Shown here: positions 1-11,623 of the stretch, in pieces
Position numbering within the stretch: position 1 is the first letter of the stretch
Layout of the letters: every line of letters starts with the position of its first letter
Origin: Polyangiales bacterium
GTDB taxonomy: Bacteria; Myxococcota_A; Polyangia; Polyangiales; Polyangiaceae
Assembly: GCA_038231275.1 (NCBI GenBank)
Contig: JBBRLQ010000021.1
Location: 68,957 to 132,956 of the forward strand
Reading direction: 5' to 3'
Length of the DNA stretch: 64,000 nucleotides
The notes under the pieces: model-generated
What the model was told of the DNA's origin: nothing
The model's input: the letters and a program-made list of their open reading frames with translations, nothing else
Database searches by the model: none
Translations under genes and position numbers: made by a program

Positions 1-2
1 GC

Positions 3-836
3 GTGCTCCTGCTCGTCGTCACGAGCGGCTGCGCGGCGCCGCCTTACGAAGCGCGCGGCATGTACTCGCCGGCGGAGGCGTCGCAGATCCTACGCGAGCA
101 CCCGTCGCACGCTTGGATCGTGAGCGGCAACGAACGTCGCGAGCTCGGCGTCGGCGGCCGCATCGAAGCGGACGGCGCCGGGTTCCGCGCGGTGCCCGCG
201 AAGGGTCGCGGCGGATCGCACGTCCGCAAGCTCGAGGACGGCGACGCCGTCATCGTGGACGAGGCTGGTCACGTCATCGGCATCCGCGCACGGAGCGGCG
301 CCGAGACCGCCTTCGCACCGGGCAGCGCATCGCTCCCCCCGAACAGCGACGAGGTGTTGGTCCAGGAGACCGCCGACGTCGAAGGGACACGCCTCGCCGC
401 CGGTGACAAGATCGAGGTGCTCGCGTCCTACGCGCCCGGCGACAAGGTGCCGGGGCTGGGGCACGTCGAGGAGAGTCGAAAGCTCATCCCGCTGGTCGCC
501 GGATCGCTGCTCTTCGCGATCACGTACGGGCCCGTCGCGTACGTGGGCTTCGCGAGCTCGCTGAAGATCGATCGAACGCTCCTGGTCCCTGGACTCGGTC
601 CGTGGATCGATCTGCTCGCGCGTCCGAAGTGCACTCCGCCCGACACACCCGTCGCGCTCCCGGTCGACGCGTGCACCGGCGAGACCGCGGCAAAGGTCGG
701 CCTGGTGACGAGCGGGCTCGGACAGGCCGTCGGAATCGTCCTCATCGTCCTCGGCTTGCCGGCGGAGGCGGTGCTCGTGAAGGACAACGCCGCCACGTTG
801 CGCGTCGGGCCGTTCGGCGCGCGCGGCGAGTTCTGA
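3..836 (+). CDS. Hypothetical lipoprotein with C-terminal hydrophobic helices (5' end may lie outside the window)
   Basis: Lipobox-like VTSGC near the N-terminus; C-terminal hydrophobic segments ending ...GARGEF, typical of myxobacterial envelope proteins. Confidence 0.65.
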   Translation: MLLLVVTSGCAAPPYEARGMYSPAEASQILREHPSHAWIVSGNERRELGVGGRIEADGAGFRAVPAKGRGGSHVRKLEDGDAVIVDEAGHVIGIRARSGAETAFAPGSASLPPNSDEVLVQETADVEGTRLAAGDKIEVLASYAPGDKVPGLGHVEESRKLIPLVAGSLLFAITYGPVAYVGFASSLKIDRTLLVPGLGPWIDLLARPKCTPPDTPVALPVDACTGETAAKVGLVTSGLGQAVGIVLIVLGLPAEAVLVKDNAATLRVGPFGARGEF

Positions 837-843
837 TCTCGGA

Positions 844-1200
844 TCAGCCGCGCGGGCGCGTGCGCGCTGCCAGCTTCTCGGTCGCCCGCGCGGCGAGGTA
901 CCCGATCACGCCGGCGCCCGCGTCGAGGAGCTCGCCGCTCGCGGGCGCGTCGACACGAACGACGCGCGGACGTGCGCTCCCGTCGTTGACCGTGACGAGG
1001 ACCCGCCCCGAGCCGAGATCGACGGACAACGATCGCGCACGCACCCCCGGCTCGCGCGCCTCCAACCACGCGAGCATGGGCGCCGCCGCCGCGAACGCTG
1101 CACGCGCCTCGGCTCCTCGCAGATCGACGCCCGCCTCGCCCGACACCAGCGCGATTCGCGCGTGATCCTCGAAGAACCGAAGCTTGAACGACGCGATCAC
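844..1200 (-). CDS. Hypothetical protein
   Basis: GTG start overlaps the upstream TGA (GTGA coupling at 1197-1200); protein-like composition from VIASFKLRFF onward. Confidence 0.65.
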   Translation of the reverse strand: MIASFKLRFFEDHARIALVSGEAGVDLRGAEARAAFAAAAPMLAWLEAREPGVRARSLSVDLGSGRVLVTVNDGSARPRVVRVDAPASGELLDAGAGVIGYLAARATEKLAARTRPRG

Positions 1201-1685
1201 TCCCCGAAGACGGCCTTCACGAGCTCGCCCGAAGCGTCCATGCGCACGAGATCGGCATAGCGCCCGACCGGCCCCGGGCCTACGAAGACGACCGGCAGCT
1301 CGTCGTCCTTCACCTTCGCGGTGCGGCACACGAAATCGAGCGTGTTTTGATCGCCCGCGACGTCGAGCTTCTTGTACGCGATCTTGCGCGCGTCGAGCGT
1401 CTCGCAGATACGCCCGAGCTCGCGCGCGTTGCGATCCTTCTCGAAGTACACGGTCACCGGCGCCGGCTCGCGCGCGATCTTGGTCGTGCCGCCGGCGTTT
1501 CGCAGCGCCGCGAGCTTCGCCTGGGCGGCGCGCCGCTTCTCGAGGTCGGCGGTCGAGCAGAGCGGCTGCCCGAGCGTCGCGTTGAGGCGTCGCGCGAGAT
1601 CCTTCGGCACGCGCACCGGCGCGAAGCCGTCGAGCGCGGGGGAGGTGATGGCGGTGTGGAGTCGGGTTCGGAGAAAATCGAGCAT
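1197..1685 (-). CDS. Glutaredoxin/thioredoxin-like fold protein lacking CxxC
   Basis: C-terminal pattern VTVYF...IAYKKLDV...LPVVFVG...GRYADL...SGEL resembles the glutaredoxin fold. Confidence 0.6.
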   Translation of the reverse strand: MLDFLRTRLHTAITSPALDGFAPVRVPKDLARRLNATLGQPLCSTADLEKRRAAQAKLAALRNAGGTTKIAREPAPVTVYFEKDRNARELGRICETLDARKIAYKKLDVAGDQNTLDFVCRTAKVKDDELPVVFVGPGPVGRYADLVRMDASGELVKAVFGE

Positions 1686-1702
1686 CGTGTCCTCGTGTGC
1701 CC

Positions 1703-3016
1703 TCAGGGAGGGGTTATCTGGAAGGTGTCGCGCACGACGCCGTCCTTGTCGATGGCCTGTCCGGAGATCGTGCTGCCGGCCGTCGCCGCGGCGACGTCGA
1801 CGATGAGCGCGTGGTAGTAGGGTCCGCTTGCGACGCGCTTGTCGCAGTAGCTACGGCTCGTGTTGAGATCGGGCTTCTCGATGATCCCGCCGCCGCCGCC
1901 GGTCGTGACGTACGTGATCGCGTCGAAGGTGAAGCGCTCGTAGCCGTGCATGTGGGCCTGGAGCACCAGCGGCACTTTGTACGTCTTGAAGAGCGGGCCG
2001 TAGTACTGAAACGCCGTGGGATCGTCCCCGGTGTCGCCGCACGTGACGAACGGCTTGTGAAAGTAGACGATCGAGAAGCGGTAGCCGGGCTTCTTCGACG
2101 CGTCCTCGAGGGACGACACGAGCCAGTTGCCTTGCTCGGTGCCCGGCGCCACCGACTGCTCGGTGTCGATCGAGAAGAACCACACGCCGCCCGACTGGAA
2201 GCGGTAGTACGCCGCCGTCCCGTCGAAGCCGGCGTCGTGGAAGAAGCGCAGCGTGTACTGCGCATACTCGCCGGGCTTCTCCGACTCGTGGTTGCCGATC
2301 GCGGGGAAGAACGCGCCCTGCGCGAGCAGCGGCTGCATGATCGGGAACCACCCCGACCACGTCTCGATCCCGGACGCGTAGTACTGGATGTCGCCGCCGT
2401 GGACGATGAAGTCGGGGTTCTTGGGGAGCGTCTGCGCGATGATCTTCTTCGTGTTGTCGTTGATGGTCGGGTTCGTGTCGCCGATCGCCATGAAGCGGAG
2501 CGCGTCGCCCGCAGCGCGCGCGGTGCAGAAGCGACCCGCGTAGCTCGCGTCGGCGGCGAGCGCGTAGCGGTAGCACGCGCCTTGCGTGAGCCCTGTCAGC
2601 GCGGCCTCGTGCATGTAGAAGGTGCCGGCCGGATCGGGGAACTTTGGGGCGAGCGGCGTGATCGTCTGCTCGGTCACCACCGTCGCCGCTTCGACAGCAT
2701 CGACGCTCATCGGCGCGCCCCCAGCGCCGCCAACCTCGGGCGTGATCGTCACGCGCGCGGCGGTGCCGGCGACGCACGACTCCCAGCGGATCTTTGCGTT
2801 CGTTGCGTCGACGCCGAGGACCCACGGGCCCTTCGAGAGGCCGCCGGCGCCGCACGGGAGCGCGACGGCGGCGTCGTCCGTTCCATCGCCGCCATCGTCC
2901 GCGGGGAGCGTATCGACCGACGAGTGCTTGCACGCGCTCTGGCCGAGCACGCTTGCGAGCGCGACGAGCAGCGCGAGAGGAAGACGAGCGAGACGCGGGA
3001 GACGAGCAAGACGCAT
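1703..3016 (-). CDS. Metallophosphoesterase (purple acid phosphatase-like) lipoprotein
   Basis: Calcineurin-like motifs GD, GDIQY, GNHE and AHMHGYER; signal peptide with lipobox. Confidence 0.9.
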   Translation of the reverse strand: MRLARLPRLARLPLALLVALASVLGQSACKHSSVDTLPADDGGDGTDDAAVALPCGAGGLSKGPWVLGVDATNAKIRWESCVAGTAARVTITPEVGGAGGAPMSVDAVEAATVVTEQTITPLAPKFPDPAGTFYMHEAALTGLTQGACYRYALAADASYAGRFCTARAAGDALRFMAIGDTNPTINDNTKKIIAQTLPKNPDFIVHGGDIQYYASGIETWSGWFPIMQPLLAQGAFFPAIGNHESEKPGEYAQYTLRFFHDAGFDGTAAYYRFQSGGVWFFSIDTEQSVAPGTEQGNWLVSSLEDASKKPGYRFSIVYFHKPFVTCGDTGDDPTAFQYYGPLFKTYKVPLVLQAHMHGYERFTFDAITYVTTGGGGGIIEKPDLNTSRSYCDKRVASGPYYHALIVDVAAATAGSTISGQAIDKDGVVRDTFQITPP

Positions 3017-3116
3017 CGGGCGCGCACCATAGCGCGCGGCGACGAACGCGTGGCAGCCCCATCGTTCGTGTGGCGGGACACCTGGCGACGATACTGAACA
3101 CGTGTATAGTATACGA

Positions 3117-3350
3117 ATGCCGCTTCACGCGATGCACGCGCTCCATTTCGTCGCCGCGTGCGACGCCTGCGGCGCAAGGTCGGCGCTCGTTTGTGCCCGC
3201 GAGCTGCCGAGCGCGCGGCGTGAAGCGGTCGCGCGGCTGACGACGCTCGGGTGGTCGCACGCGGCGCCGCCGAGCGAGCGCGCGGAGACGCGAAAGTGGG
3301 TGGAGGCCGAAGGGGCAGGGCAGTGGCGCTGTCCACTTTGCACCATGTAA
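3117..3350 (+). CDS. Small zinc-ribbon protein (start uncertain)
   Basis: CDAC and WRCPLC cysteine pairs in a short intergenic ORF. Confidence 0.6.
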   Translation: MPLHAMHALHFVAACDACGARSALVCARELPSARREAVARLTTLGWSHAAPPSERAETRKWVEAEGAGQWRCPLCTM

Positions 3351-3469
3351 GCCCAGCGGAGCGAACCGCGCGTGACCTCAAGATCCCGCAAGTCCTGAGC
3401 TCGTGACCGAAAAGGACCTGACTGGCTTTTCCGGTCAGGCCTTGGCGGGGCGGGATAAGCTTCGAGGGG

Positions 3470-5542
<2,073 letters not shown>

Positions 5543-5641
5543 CTTCTTTTTGGGGTCACTCCCGCCGCTTGCCCGCTGCAAGCGAAGCGACCTCTGCTCG
5601 ATTCGCTAAAGGGCTGAGGGGCGCGTGCCGTTCACCGCGGC

Positions 5642-7912
5642 GTGACCCGTCCTCTGCGCTCCATCGCGCTGTTCGCCGCCCTCGTGGGTGGAGGGTGCGG
5701 CTCGGCGTCCGACGGTGGCGCAGCCACGACGACGAACGAGTGTGCGGCGGCGGGGACCTGCAGCGCGGGCGATGCGCCGAGCGACACGCGCCCTGCGGCC
5801 GCGATCTGCGTGACGTCGCCTGCGATCGTGCGCGGGGGGTCGTGCGCGGCGCACGCATCGCCGACCGACGCGCTCGACGACGCGCTGGGGCGAATCGGGC
5901 TCGATCGATGCACATTGGCCCACTCCGCCACCGATCTCGCCGTCGGCAAGCTCGATCCGCGCGATCCGCGCGCGATGGCGGACATGCTCCCCTCGTTCGC
6001 GCGGCCCCTCGGGATGCCGGCGTATGGCGCGGCGCTCGCGCGTGACTGGGACGCCGCGCTCGCGTCGAAGATCCCGGTGACCTCGGCGATCCTCGCGGCG
6101 GCGGTGCGGCGTGGAGCCGCGGTGCAGGCGTGCGACGATCCCGCGTGGTACGCGTTCGCGACGGACGATCCCGCGCCGCTTGCGAAAGCCCTCGCCGACG
6201 TCGGCGCCGCGCGCGCGGACGTGAGCGGTGTTCCGCGTGACCTCCAGATCGCGCTCGCGCCGATCGTGCGTGCGCTCGCGTCGACCTCGAACGACGTGGT
6301 CGCCGCGCGCAAGGTGGGGCCCAAGACCGCCGACTCGCTCGCGTCCGTCGCGACGTGGATGCTCGGCATCCGCCACTTCGAGCTCGACGCCGACACCGTC
6401 GCCGCGATGGACCTCGTCGACGTCGACGCCATCACGGTCGCCGCCGCGCGCATCGCCGGTGTCGTCGAGCGCGCCGATCTCTCGCGCTTCGCGGGCGCGG
6501 CCGTCGCCGACGTCACGCTCGCCACGCCGTTCGGCGCGATCGTTCTTCGCGGACCCGGGGCGCACACCTACGAGGCCGGCGGACCGGCCGACGGCGCCGC
6601 GTTCGTCCTCGACACCGGCGGCGACGACGTCTACCGCGCCGCGATCGCCGCCAGCTCCGTCGCGCGCCCCATCTCGATCGCCGTCGATCTCGCCGGAGAC
6701 GACACGTACGCGTACGCGGAGACCAAGGTCGCCGCGGACGGCGTGGGCCGAAGGCTCCCAAGCGACGGCGCCGGTCGCGCGTCCGACGGCCGCACGCTCT
6801 CGCGAACGCTCCGCCAAGGCGCCGGCGTGCTCGGCGTCGGGCTCCTCTTCGACCTCGGCAAGGGCAACGACACCTACCGGTCCCTCGTCGGCGCGCAGGG
6901 CGTCGCGACCCACGGCGTGGGCGTCCTCTTCGACGAGGCCGGCGACGACGCGTACGTCGCGGAGGGCTTCGCGCAAGGGGCGGCGGCGTGGGGCATCGGC
7001 CTCCTCCTCGACGGCGCCGGCAACGATACGCGCGCGCTCTACGTGCAAGGGCAAGGCTACGGCTTCACGCGCGGCCTCGGCGCGCTCGTCGACCTCGCGG
7101 GCAACGACGCGTACGTCGCCTACGCCGGTGACTGGAAGGGCGCGCCCACGTCGCTCGCGTCGGACGTGCTGTACCCGAGCTCGCAGCTCACGGGCGCGAA
7201 GACCTCCGGCATCGCCGCGAACATGTCGCTCGCGCAAGGCTGTGGCGCCGGTCACCGTTGGGACTGGCCGGACGCGGGCTTCCCCAGCCCCGGCGGCATC
7301 GGCGTGCTCTACGACGCGAAGGGCGATGACACCTACGGCGCCGGCGTCTTTGCGCAAGGCACCGGCTTCGTCCAGGGCCTTGGTCTCCTCCTCGACGGCG
7401 CCGGCAACGACGCCTACGACGCGCTCTACTACGCGCAAGGCGCCGGCGTGCACATGGGCCTCGCGCTCTTCGACGACGGCGGCGGCAACGACACCTACGA
7501 CGCGAAGGTCCCCGTCCAGACCGCGGCCCTCGGCGTCGCGCACGACGTGTCCGCCGCGGTCCACGTCGATCGCGGTGGCGACGACGTCTACCACGCGCCG
7601 GATCTCTCGCTCGGCGCGGCCGAGGACGACTCGATGTCCGTCTTCGTCGCGATGGGCGGGAATGACGATTTCCAGGCGGGCGGCGCATGGTCGCTCGGCG
7701 ACGCGATCATGAGCCAGAGCGACGCCGCGCGGAAGAAGGTCATGACCGTCGGCGTCTTCGTCAAGGCCGGCGGCGTCGGGCGTTACCGCGTCGGGAGCTC
7801 CTCCAAGCTCGAGCCGCGCAGCGGAAAGAGCTGGGACTCGACGCGCGAGGACGGCCCCGTGTCGGTCAAGGCCGTCGGCGTCGACCGCCCCAAGGGCACC
7901 GCGGCGCTCTAG
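5642..7912 (+). CDS. Lipoprotein with about 10 D-x-x-G-[ND]-D-x-Y / AQG-x-G repeats (beta-solenoid-like)
   Basis: Lipobox GGGC; repeats such as DLAGDDTY, DEAGDDAY, DGAGNDAY. Confidence 0.8.
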   Translation: MTRPLRSIALFAALVGGGCGSASDGGAATTTNECAAAGTCSAGDAPSDTRPAAAICVTSPAIVRGGSCAAHASPTDALDDALGRIGLDRCTLAHSATDLAVGKLDPRDPRAMADMLPSFARPLGMPAYGAALARDWDAALASKIPVTSAILAAAVRRGAAVQACDDPAWYAFATDDPAPLAKALADVGAARADVSGVPRDLQIALAPIVRALASTSNDVVAARKVGPKTADSLASVATWMLGIRHFELDADTVAAMDLVDVDAITVAAARIAGVVERADLSRFAGAAVADVTLATPFGAIVLRGPGAHTYEAGGPADGAAFVLDTGGDDVYRAAIAASSVARPISIAVDLAGDDTYAYAETKVAADGVGRRLPSDGAGRASDGRTLSRTLRQGAGVLGVGLLFDLGKGNDTYRSLVGAQGVATHGVGVLFDEAGDDAYVAEGFAQGAAAWGIGLLLDGAGNDTRALYVQGQGYGFTRGLGALVDLAGNDAYVAYAGDWKGAPTSLASDVLYPSSQLTGAKTSGIAANMSLAQGCGAGHRWDWPDAGFPSPGGIGVLYDAKGDDTYGAGVFAQGTGFVQGLGLLLDGAGNDAYDALYYAQGAGVHMGLALFDDGGGNDTYDAKVPVQTAALGVAHDVSAAVHVDRGGDDVYHAPDLSLGAAEDDSMSVFVAMGGNDDFQAGGAWSLGDAIMSQSDAARKKVMTVGVFVKAGGVGRYRVGSSSKLEPRSGKSWDSTREDGPVSVKAVGVDRPKGTAAL

Positions 7913-7983
7913 GGCAATCGTCCGACGCGCAGCGCGGCCCGCGCGAGGAATACCCTTCGTTTGCCCGGTGCTACGGTGGTGAG

Positions 7984-8481
7984 ATGCGCACGAAGCTCCT
8001 CGCTGCGGCCGCCATCGCGATCGTCGCGGCGACGCTGTACTTCGTCTTTGCCGGCAAGAGTGACGAGGATCGCATCCGCGACACGCTCGGGCGGCTCGCG
8101 AAGGTCGTGGAGATCAAGGACGACGGCAGCAACCCGCTCCTCCGCATGGGGCGCGTGCGGGGCGATCTCGACGCGCTCGTCACCGACGACGTCCATGTCA
8201 GCATCCCGGAGCTTGGCGGCGCGCGCCAAGGGCGCCAGGGGATTTCGGAGGCCGTGACGACCGCGCAGCTCGTGTTCGCGTGGGCGCAGGTCGATCTGCG
8301 CGCGATCGAGATCAAGCTCGAGCCGGGCGCGCTCACGGCGCAGGCCTCCGCCGAGGCGCAGCTCAAAGGCAAGACCCGCGGAGGCGAGACGCGTCGGGAC
8401 GATCGCAACGTCGACTTTCTCCTCCGCAAGGGCGACGGCACGTGGAAGGTCAAGAGCGTGACCGTCTGGGCGCCGAAATGA
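7984..8481 (+). CDS. Membrane-anchored NTF2/SnoaL-like protein
   Basis: N-terminal TM segment; C-terminal FLLRKGDGTWKV typical of the NTF2-like fold. Confidence 0.65.
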   Translation: MRTKLLAAAAIAIVAATLYFVFAGKSDEDRIRDTLGRLAKVVEIKDDGSNPLLRMGRVRGDLDALVTDDVHVSIPELGGARQGRQGISEAVTTAQLVFAWAQVDLRAIEIKLEPGALTAQASAEAQLKGKTRGGETRRDDRNVDFLLRKGDGTWKVKSVTVWAPK

Positions 8482-8515
8482 TCCTGCGGCCCCGCGCCGA
8501 CGCCGACCCGCGCAG

Positions 8516-8938
8516 CTAGAGCTGAACGCCGAAGATCTCTCGAACGCGCGCGTAGGTCTCGCGTCCCGGGTCGATGTCCGCGAAGCCGACGCGCATCGAG
8601 ATCGTCCCGCCGTCGCCCCACGGCCACCAGAGCCCGAACGCGACGAGGTTGCCGCCGAGCGCGCCCGACGTGAAAAGGTACTGTCCCTGACGAAGGCCCC
8701 CGTAGCGATCGATGTAATCGCGCAAGACCTGCGGCGCCTTGGCGATCGACTGCGACGTGAACTCCACCGGGTAGGCCTCGGTGATCGCGGCTCGCGCGCT
8801 CGTCTCGAACTCCGTGCTGAAGGAGGAGGTGATGCAGGTCATGCGGCTGTCCCAGCTCCACCCGCGCGAAGGCCACGCCGCGCGCACGCGACGCAGGGCT
8901 CCAAAGAGCTGTTCGTGGAGGGCCGGGGCAGTCGCCAT
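8516..8938 (-). CDS. Hypothetical protein
   Basis: Aromatic-rich globular ORF (WSWD, YGGLR, WWPWG). Confidence 0.75.
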   Translation of the reverse strand: MATAPALHEQLFGALRRVRAAWPSRGWSWDSRMTCITSSFSTEFETSARAAITEAYPVEFTSQSIAKAPQVLRDYIDRYGGLRQGQYLFTSGALGGNLVAFGLWWPWGDGGTISMRVGFADIDPGRETYARVREIFGVQL

Positions 8939-8988
8939 GTCTACAGCGTACCCAAAAAAAGGCACGAGGCGGTAGTAAGCTCTCGTTC

Positions 8989-9642
8989 GTGGCCGGCTTT
9001 CCCGGGATCTCGCCTCTGATTCTCTTCGTCGCAAGGCACGGCGAGACCGATTGGAACGCCGAAGGGCGCCTCCAGGGGCACACTGACGTGCCGTTGAATG
9101 CGCGCGGTCGGGCGCAGGCGGTCGCGCTCGGCGCGGCGCTGGCGGGGGTCGGGATCGGGGCGATCGTCACGAGCGATCTGGCGCGCGCGAGGGAGACCGG
9201 CGAGATCGTCGCCCGCGCGCTCGGCGTCGGCGTTCCGTCGCTCGATTTACGCTGGCGCGAGCGAGGGTTCGGCGCGTTCGAGGGACGCACCAAGGTCGAG
9301 ATCGCCGCGTCGGATCCCGAGGCGTGGCGCCTCTGGACCGAGGATCCTCGCGCGCGACCTCCCGGGGGCGAATCCCACGAGGATCTCGCCGCGCGTGTCC
9401 TCGCCGCGGCGACGGATGCGGCCACCCTCGCGCGACCCGGTGCCCCGGCTCTGGTCGTCTCCCACGGCGCCGCGGTCCACGCGTTCCTGCTCGCCGCCAC
9501 CGGCCTCCGCGCGCCGCCGCTCGGGAACGGCGCTGTCTATCGCCTCTCCTTCGACGGCCTCGGGTTCGACGATGCCCGTCTCGTGTGGTCCGGCGACGCG
9601 GACCCGCCGATCTACGCGACGTTCCCGCGCGAGACGAAATGA
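8989..9642 (+). CDS. Histidine phosphatase (phosphoglycerate mutase family)
   Basis: RHGETDWN...LQG motif, SDLAR, GES, VVSHG. Confidence 0.92.
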   Translation: MAGFPGISPLILFVARHGETDWNAEGRLQGHTDVPLNARGRAQAVALGAALAGVGIGAIVTSDLARARETGEIVARALGVGVPSLDLRWRERGFGAFEGRTKVEIAASDPEAWRLWTEDPRARPPGGESHEDLAARVLAAATDAATLARPGAPALVVSHGAAVHAFLLAATGLRAPPLGNGAVYRLSFDGLGFDDARLVWSGDADPPIYATFPRETK

Positions 9643-9670
9643 GGTAGAGGAAGCCTGCGAAGACGCAAAC

Positions 9671-9743
9671 GGGCCTATAGCTCAGTTGGTAGAGCTGCGG
9701 ACTTTTAATCCGTAGGTCGTGGGTTCAAGTCCCACTGGGCCCA
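9671..9743 (+). tRNA. tRNA-Lys (anticodon TTT), 3' CCA not encoded
   Basis: Acceptor stem GGGCCTA/TGGGCCC; D-arm AGCTCAGTTGGTAGAGC; anticodon arm GCGGA-CTTTTAA-TCCGT; T-loop GGTTCAAGTCC. Confidence 0.97.
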
Positions 9744-9799
9744 CAGAGAGCAGATCGCTGGTGATTGCTGCGATCGACGATGGGGTCCGCCGGGCTCCG

Positions 9800-10618
9800 T
9801 CAGTGACACGCGATGTCGGTGTTCGCGCCGTTCGGGGTCCCCAAGAAGAGCCCGCCGTATTCCTGCGACGACCACCCCCAGCTCGCCCATGACGTGCGCG
9901 AAGAGGCCGGGCACGCCGCGGGAAACGCCATCGACGCTCCCGTAAGCCACGGCAAGGTCGCGTCGTACGTCAGCGTGTCGATGGTCACGCCGCCGAGTGA
10001 CACCGTGATCGTGTCGCCGGAATTCTTCAGAACGTCGCTCGCGCTCCCCGCGAACTCGTACACCCGTGCGCCGAGACCATGGTTGATCAACGGATCGGCG
10101 CTGTCGGCGACCACGAACGAGCCGCCGGGCGGAAGGAGCGTGGTCGTGGTGATGTCGAGGTAGTCGGAGGTGGTGCCGCGCGGCGACTCGACGCGGAGCC
10201 CGCGGAGGTCGAGGTTGCACGCTCGGGTACTTCTCACTTCGAGCCACTCGCCACGGTCCCCGCTGCCGATCTGAGAGGCGATCATGATTTCCACGATGAC
10301 GAGATCGCCCGGCCCCAGCGATCCGCAGTCGGAAGGAGCCGAGTCGACCGGCGCGTCGACTCCGCCGTCCGAACGCGGTCCGCCATCGGGAAGCGGCCCG
10401 CCATCCGGAGGCGGCGGAGGTGGAGGCAGAGGCGATCCATCGTCTGCCCGACCGCTATCGCGGTGATTGATGACCTGTCCGTCGATCCCGGGGGAGCCGC
10501 TGTCCTCCAGCGTGTCTGGCGGCGCGGTTCCCGGATGGAGATCGTCGAGATCGCTCCCCCCGAGTAGCGCCGAGCACCCTGAGAGAACGGCAACACCTGC
10601 GAGAATGAGTGCGCGCAT
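9800..10618 (-). CDS. Lamin-tail-domain (LTD)-like lipoprotein
   Basis: Lipobox LSGC; LVIVEIM...GEWLEV, LKNSGDTITV, GTP motifs. Confidence 0.8.
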   Translation of the reverse strand: MRALILAGVAVLSGCSALLGGSDLDDLHPGTAPPDTLEDSGSPGIDGQVINHRDSGRADDGSPLPPPPPPPDGGPLPDGGPRSDGGVDAPVDSAPSDCGSLGPGDLVIVEIMIASQIGSGDRGEWLEVRSTRACNLDLRGLRVESPRGTTSDYLDITTTTLLPPGGSFVVADSADPLINHGLGARVYEFAGSASDVLKNSGDTITVSLGGVTIDTLTYDATLPWLTGASMAFPAACPASSRTSWASWGWSSQEYGGLFLGTPNGANTDIACH

Positions 10619-11619
10619 CAGAACGCCCCCGTCGCGCCGACGCCGCCACCGCCAGGCAACAGGAGGGGCCCAATCGACGCCGACTTCGGAGCCGGCTCGC
10701 TCGGTGTCGTCAGCAGAAACACACCGACGCCGACCCCAACGAGGCCCGCGCCGACGCCGAGGGTGCCCAAGAGCGACAGCGTCCGAAACTGATCCGCCGC
10801 CGCGAGCCCCTCGCCGTCGCACGCGTGCGACGCGTCGCAATGAGCGAGCGCGTCGCGTTTCTTTTGAGTGGCGAGGATTGCCGTGACGCCGCCGAAGATG
10901 AGCGCGGCGGCGCCGGTACCCAAGGTCACGAAGGCCGCCGTTTGCCGCGTCGAGGGCGGCCGCGACGAAGAGGCCGTAGACGCCGCGGTCGCGTGCGGCG
11001 GCGCAGCGGCGACCGGAGTCGCGACGGAGTCCGGCGTTGAGGGGGCAACGGGCGGAGAGACTGTCTCGAGGGGCGTCGGCGCGACTGCGATCTCCGCCGT
11101 CTCGGACTCCTTCAGTGCGATGGGGTAGGTGCGGTCCTTGCGCTCCGGCGTTCGAACGACGAGCGTGTGCTTGCCGGGGTTCACACGCGCGGTCGCTCCA
11201 AGCGAAACGGGCGCCCCGTCGAGCAGGACCTTGGTCCCCTCCGGCGAACCGGGCACGAGCGAGACGCGTAGGCGGCCCACGCGGCGCTCGAGCCGCATGG
11301 CCTGATCCAGGCCGAGCGGGGCGCGATCGTCGCCGGGCTGCAGCATCGCCGACATCTTCTCCAGCTTCGTGAGCGCCGCGGTGAAGTCGCCGGCGTGCTC
11401 GTCGCATTGGGCGAGGTTAAGCAGTGTCCCCGCCGCCGGATCGAGGCGCATGCTCTCCGCGAACTTCGGACATCCGGTGGCGAAGTCGCCGCGCGCAACC
11501 GCTTCGCGGCCCTCGCGGAACAACGCATCGGCGGACGCTTTGCGGGCACCTTGCGCCGCCGCCGAACCGGCAATGGCGAGCGACAGCGCGACGAGGGAGG
11601 CAGAGAGGCGGTGACGCAT
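10618..11619 (-). CDS. TPR + PEGA-like envelope protein
   Basis: Signal peptide; ADALFREG...GTLLNLAQC TPR; C-terminal hydrophobic hairpin ending GAF. Confidence 0.8.
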   Translation of the reverse strand: MRHRLSASLVALSLAIAGSAAAQGARKASADALFREGREAVARGDFATGCPKFAESMRLDPAAGTLLNLAQCDEHAGDFTAALTKLEKMSAMLQPGDDRAPLGLDQAMRLERRVGRLRVSLVPGSPEGTKVLLDGAPVSLGATARVNPGKHTLVVRTPERKDRTYPIALKESETAEIAVAPTPLETVSPPVAPSTPDSVATPVAAAPPHATAASTASSSRPPSTRQTAAFVTLGTGAAALIFGGVTAILATQKKRDALAHCDASHACDGEGLAAADQFRTLSLLGTLGVGAGLVGVGVGVFLLTTPSEPAPKSASIGPLLLPGGGGVGATGAF

Positions 11620-11623
11620 GGAT

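Noticed and set aside
5555..5630. Short hairpins and GCGAAGCG motifs (also near 14345 and 53750-53860) as ncRNA or terminators
   Set aside because: The stems are short, lack U-tracts and match no family I recognise; support is insufficient.
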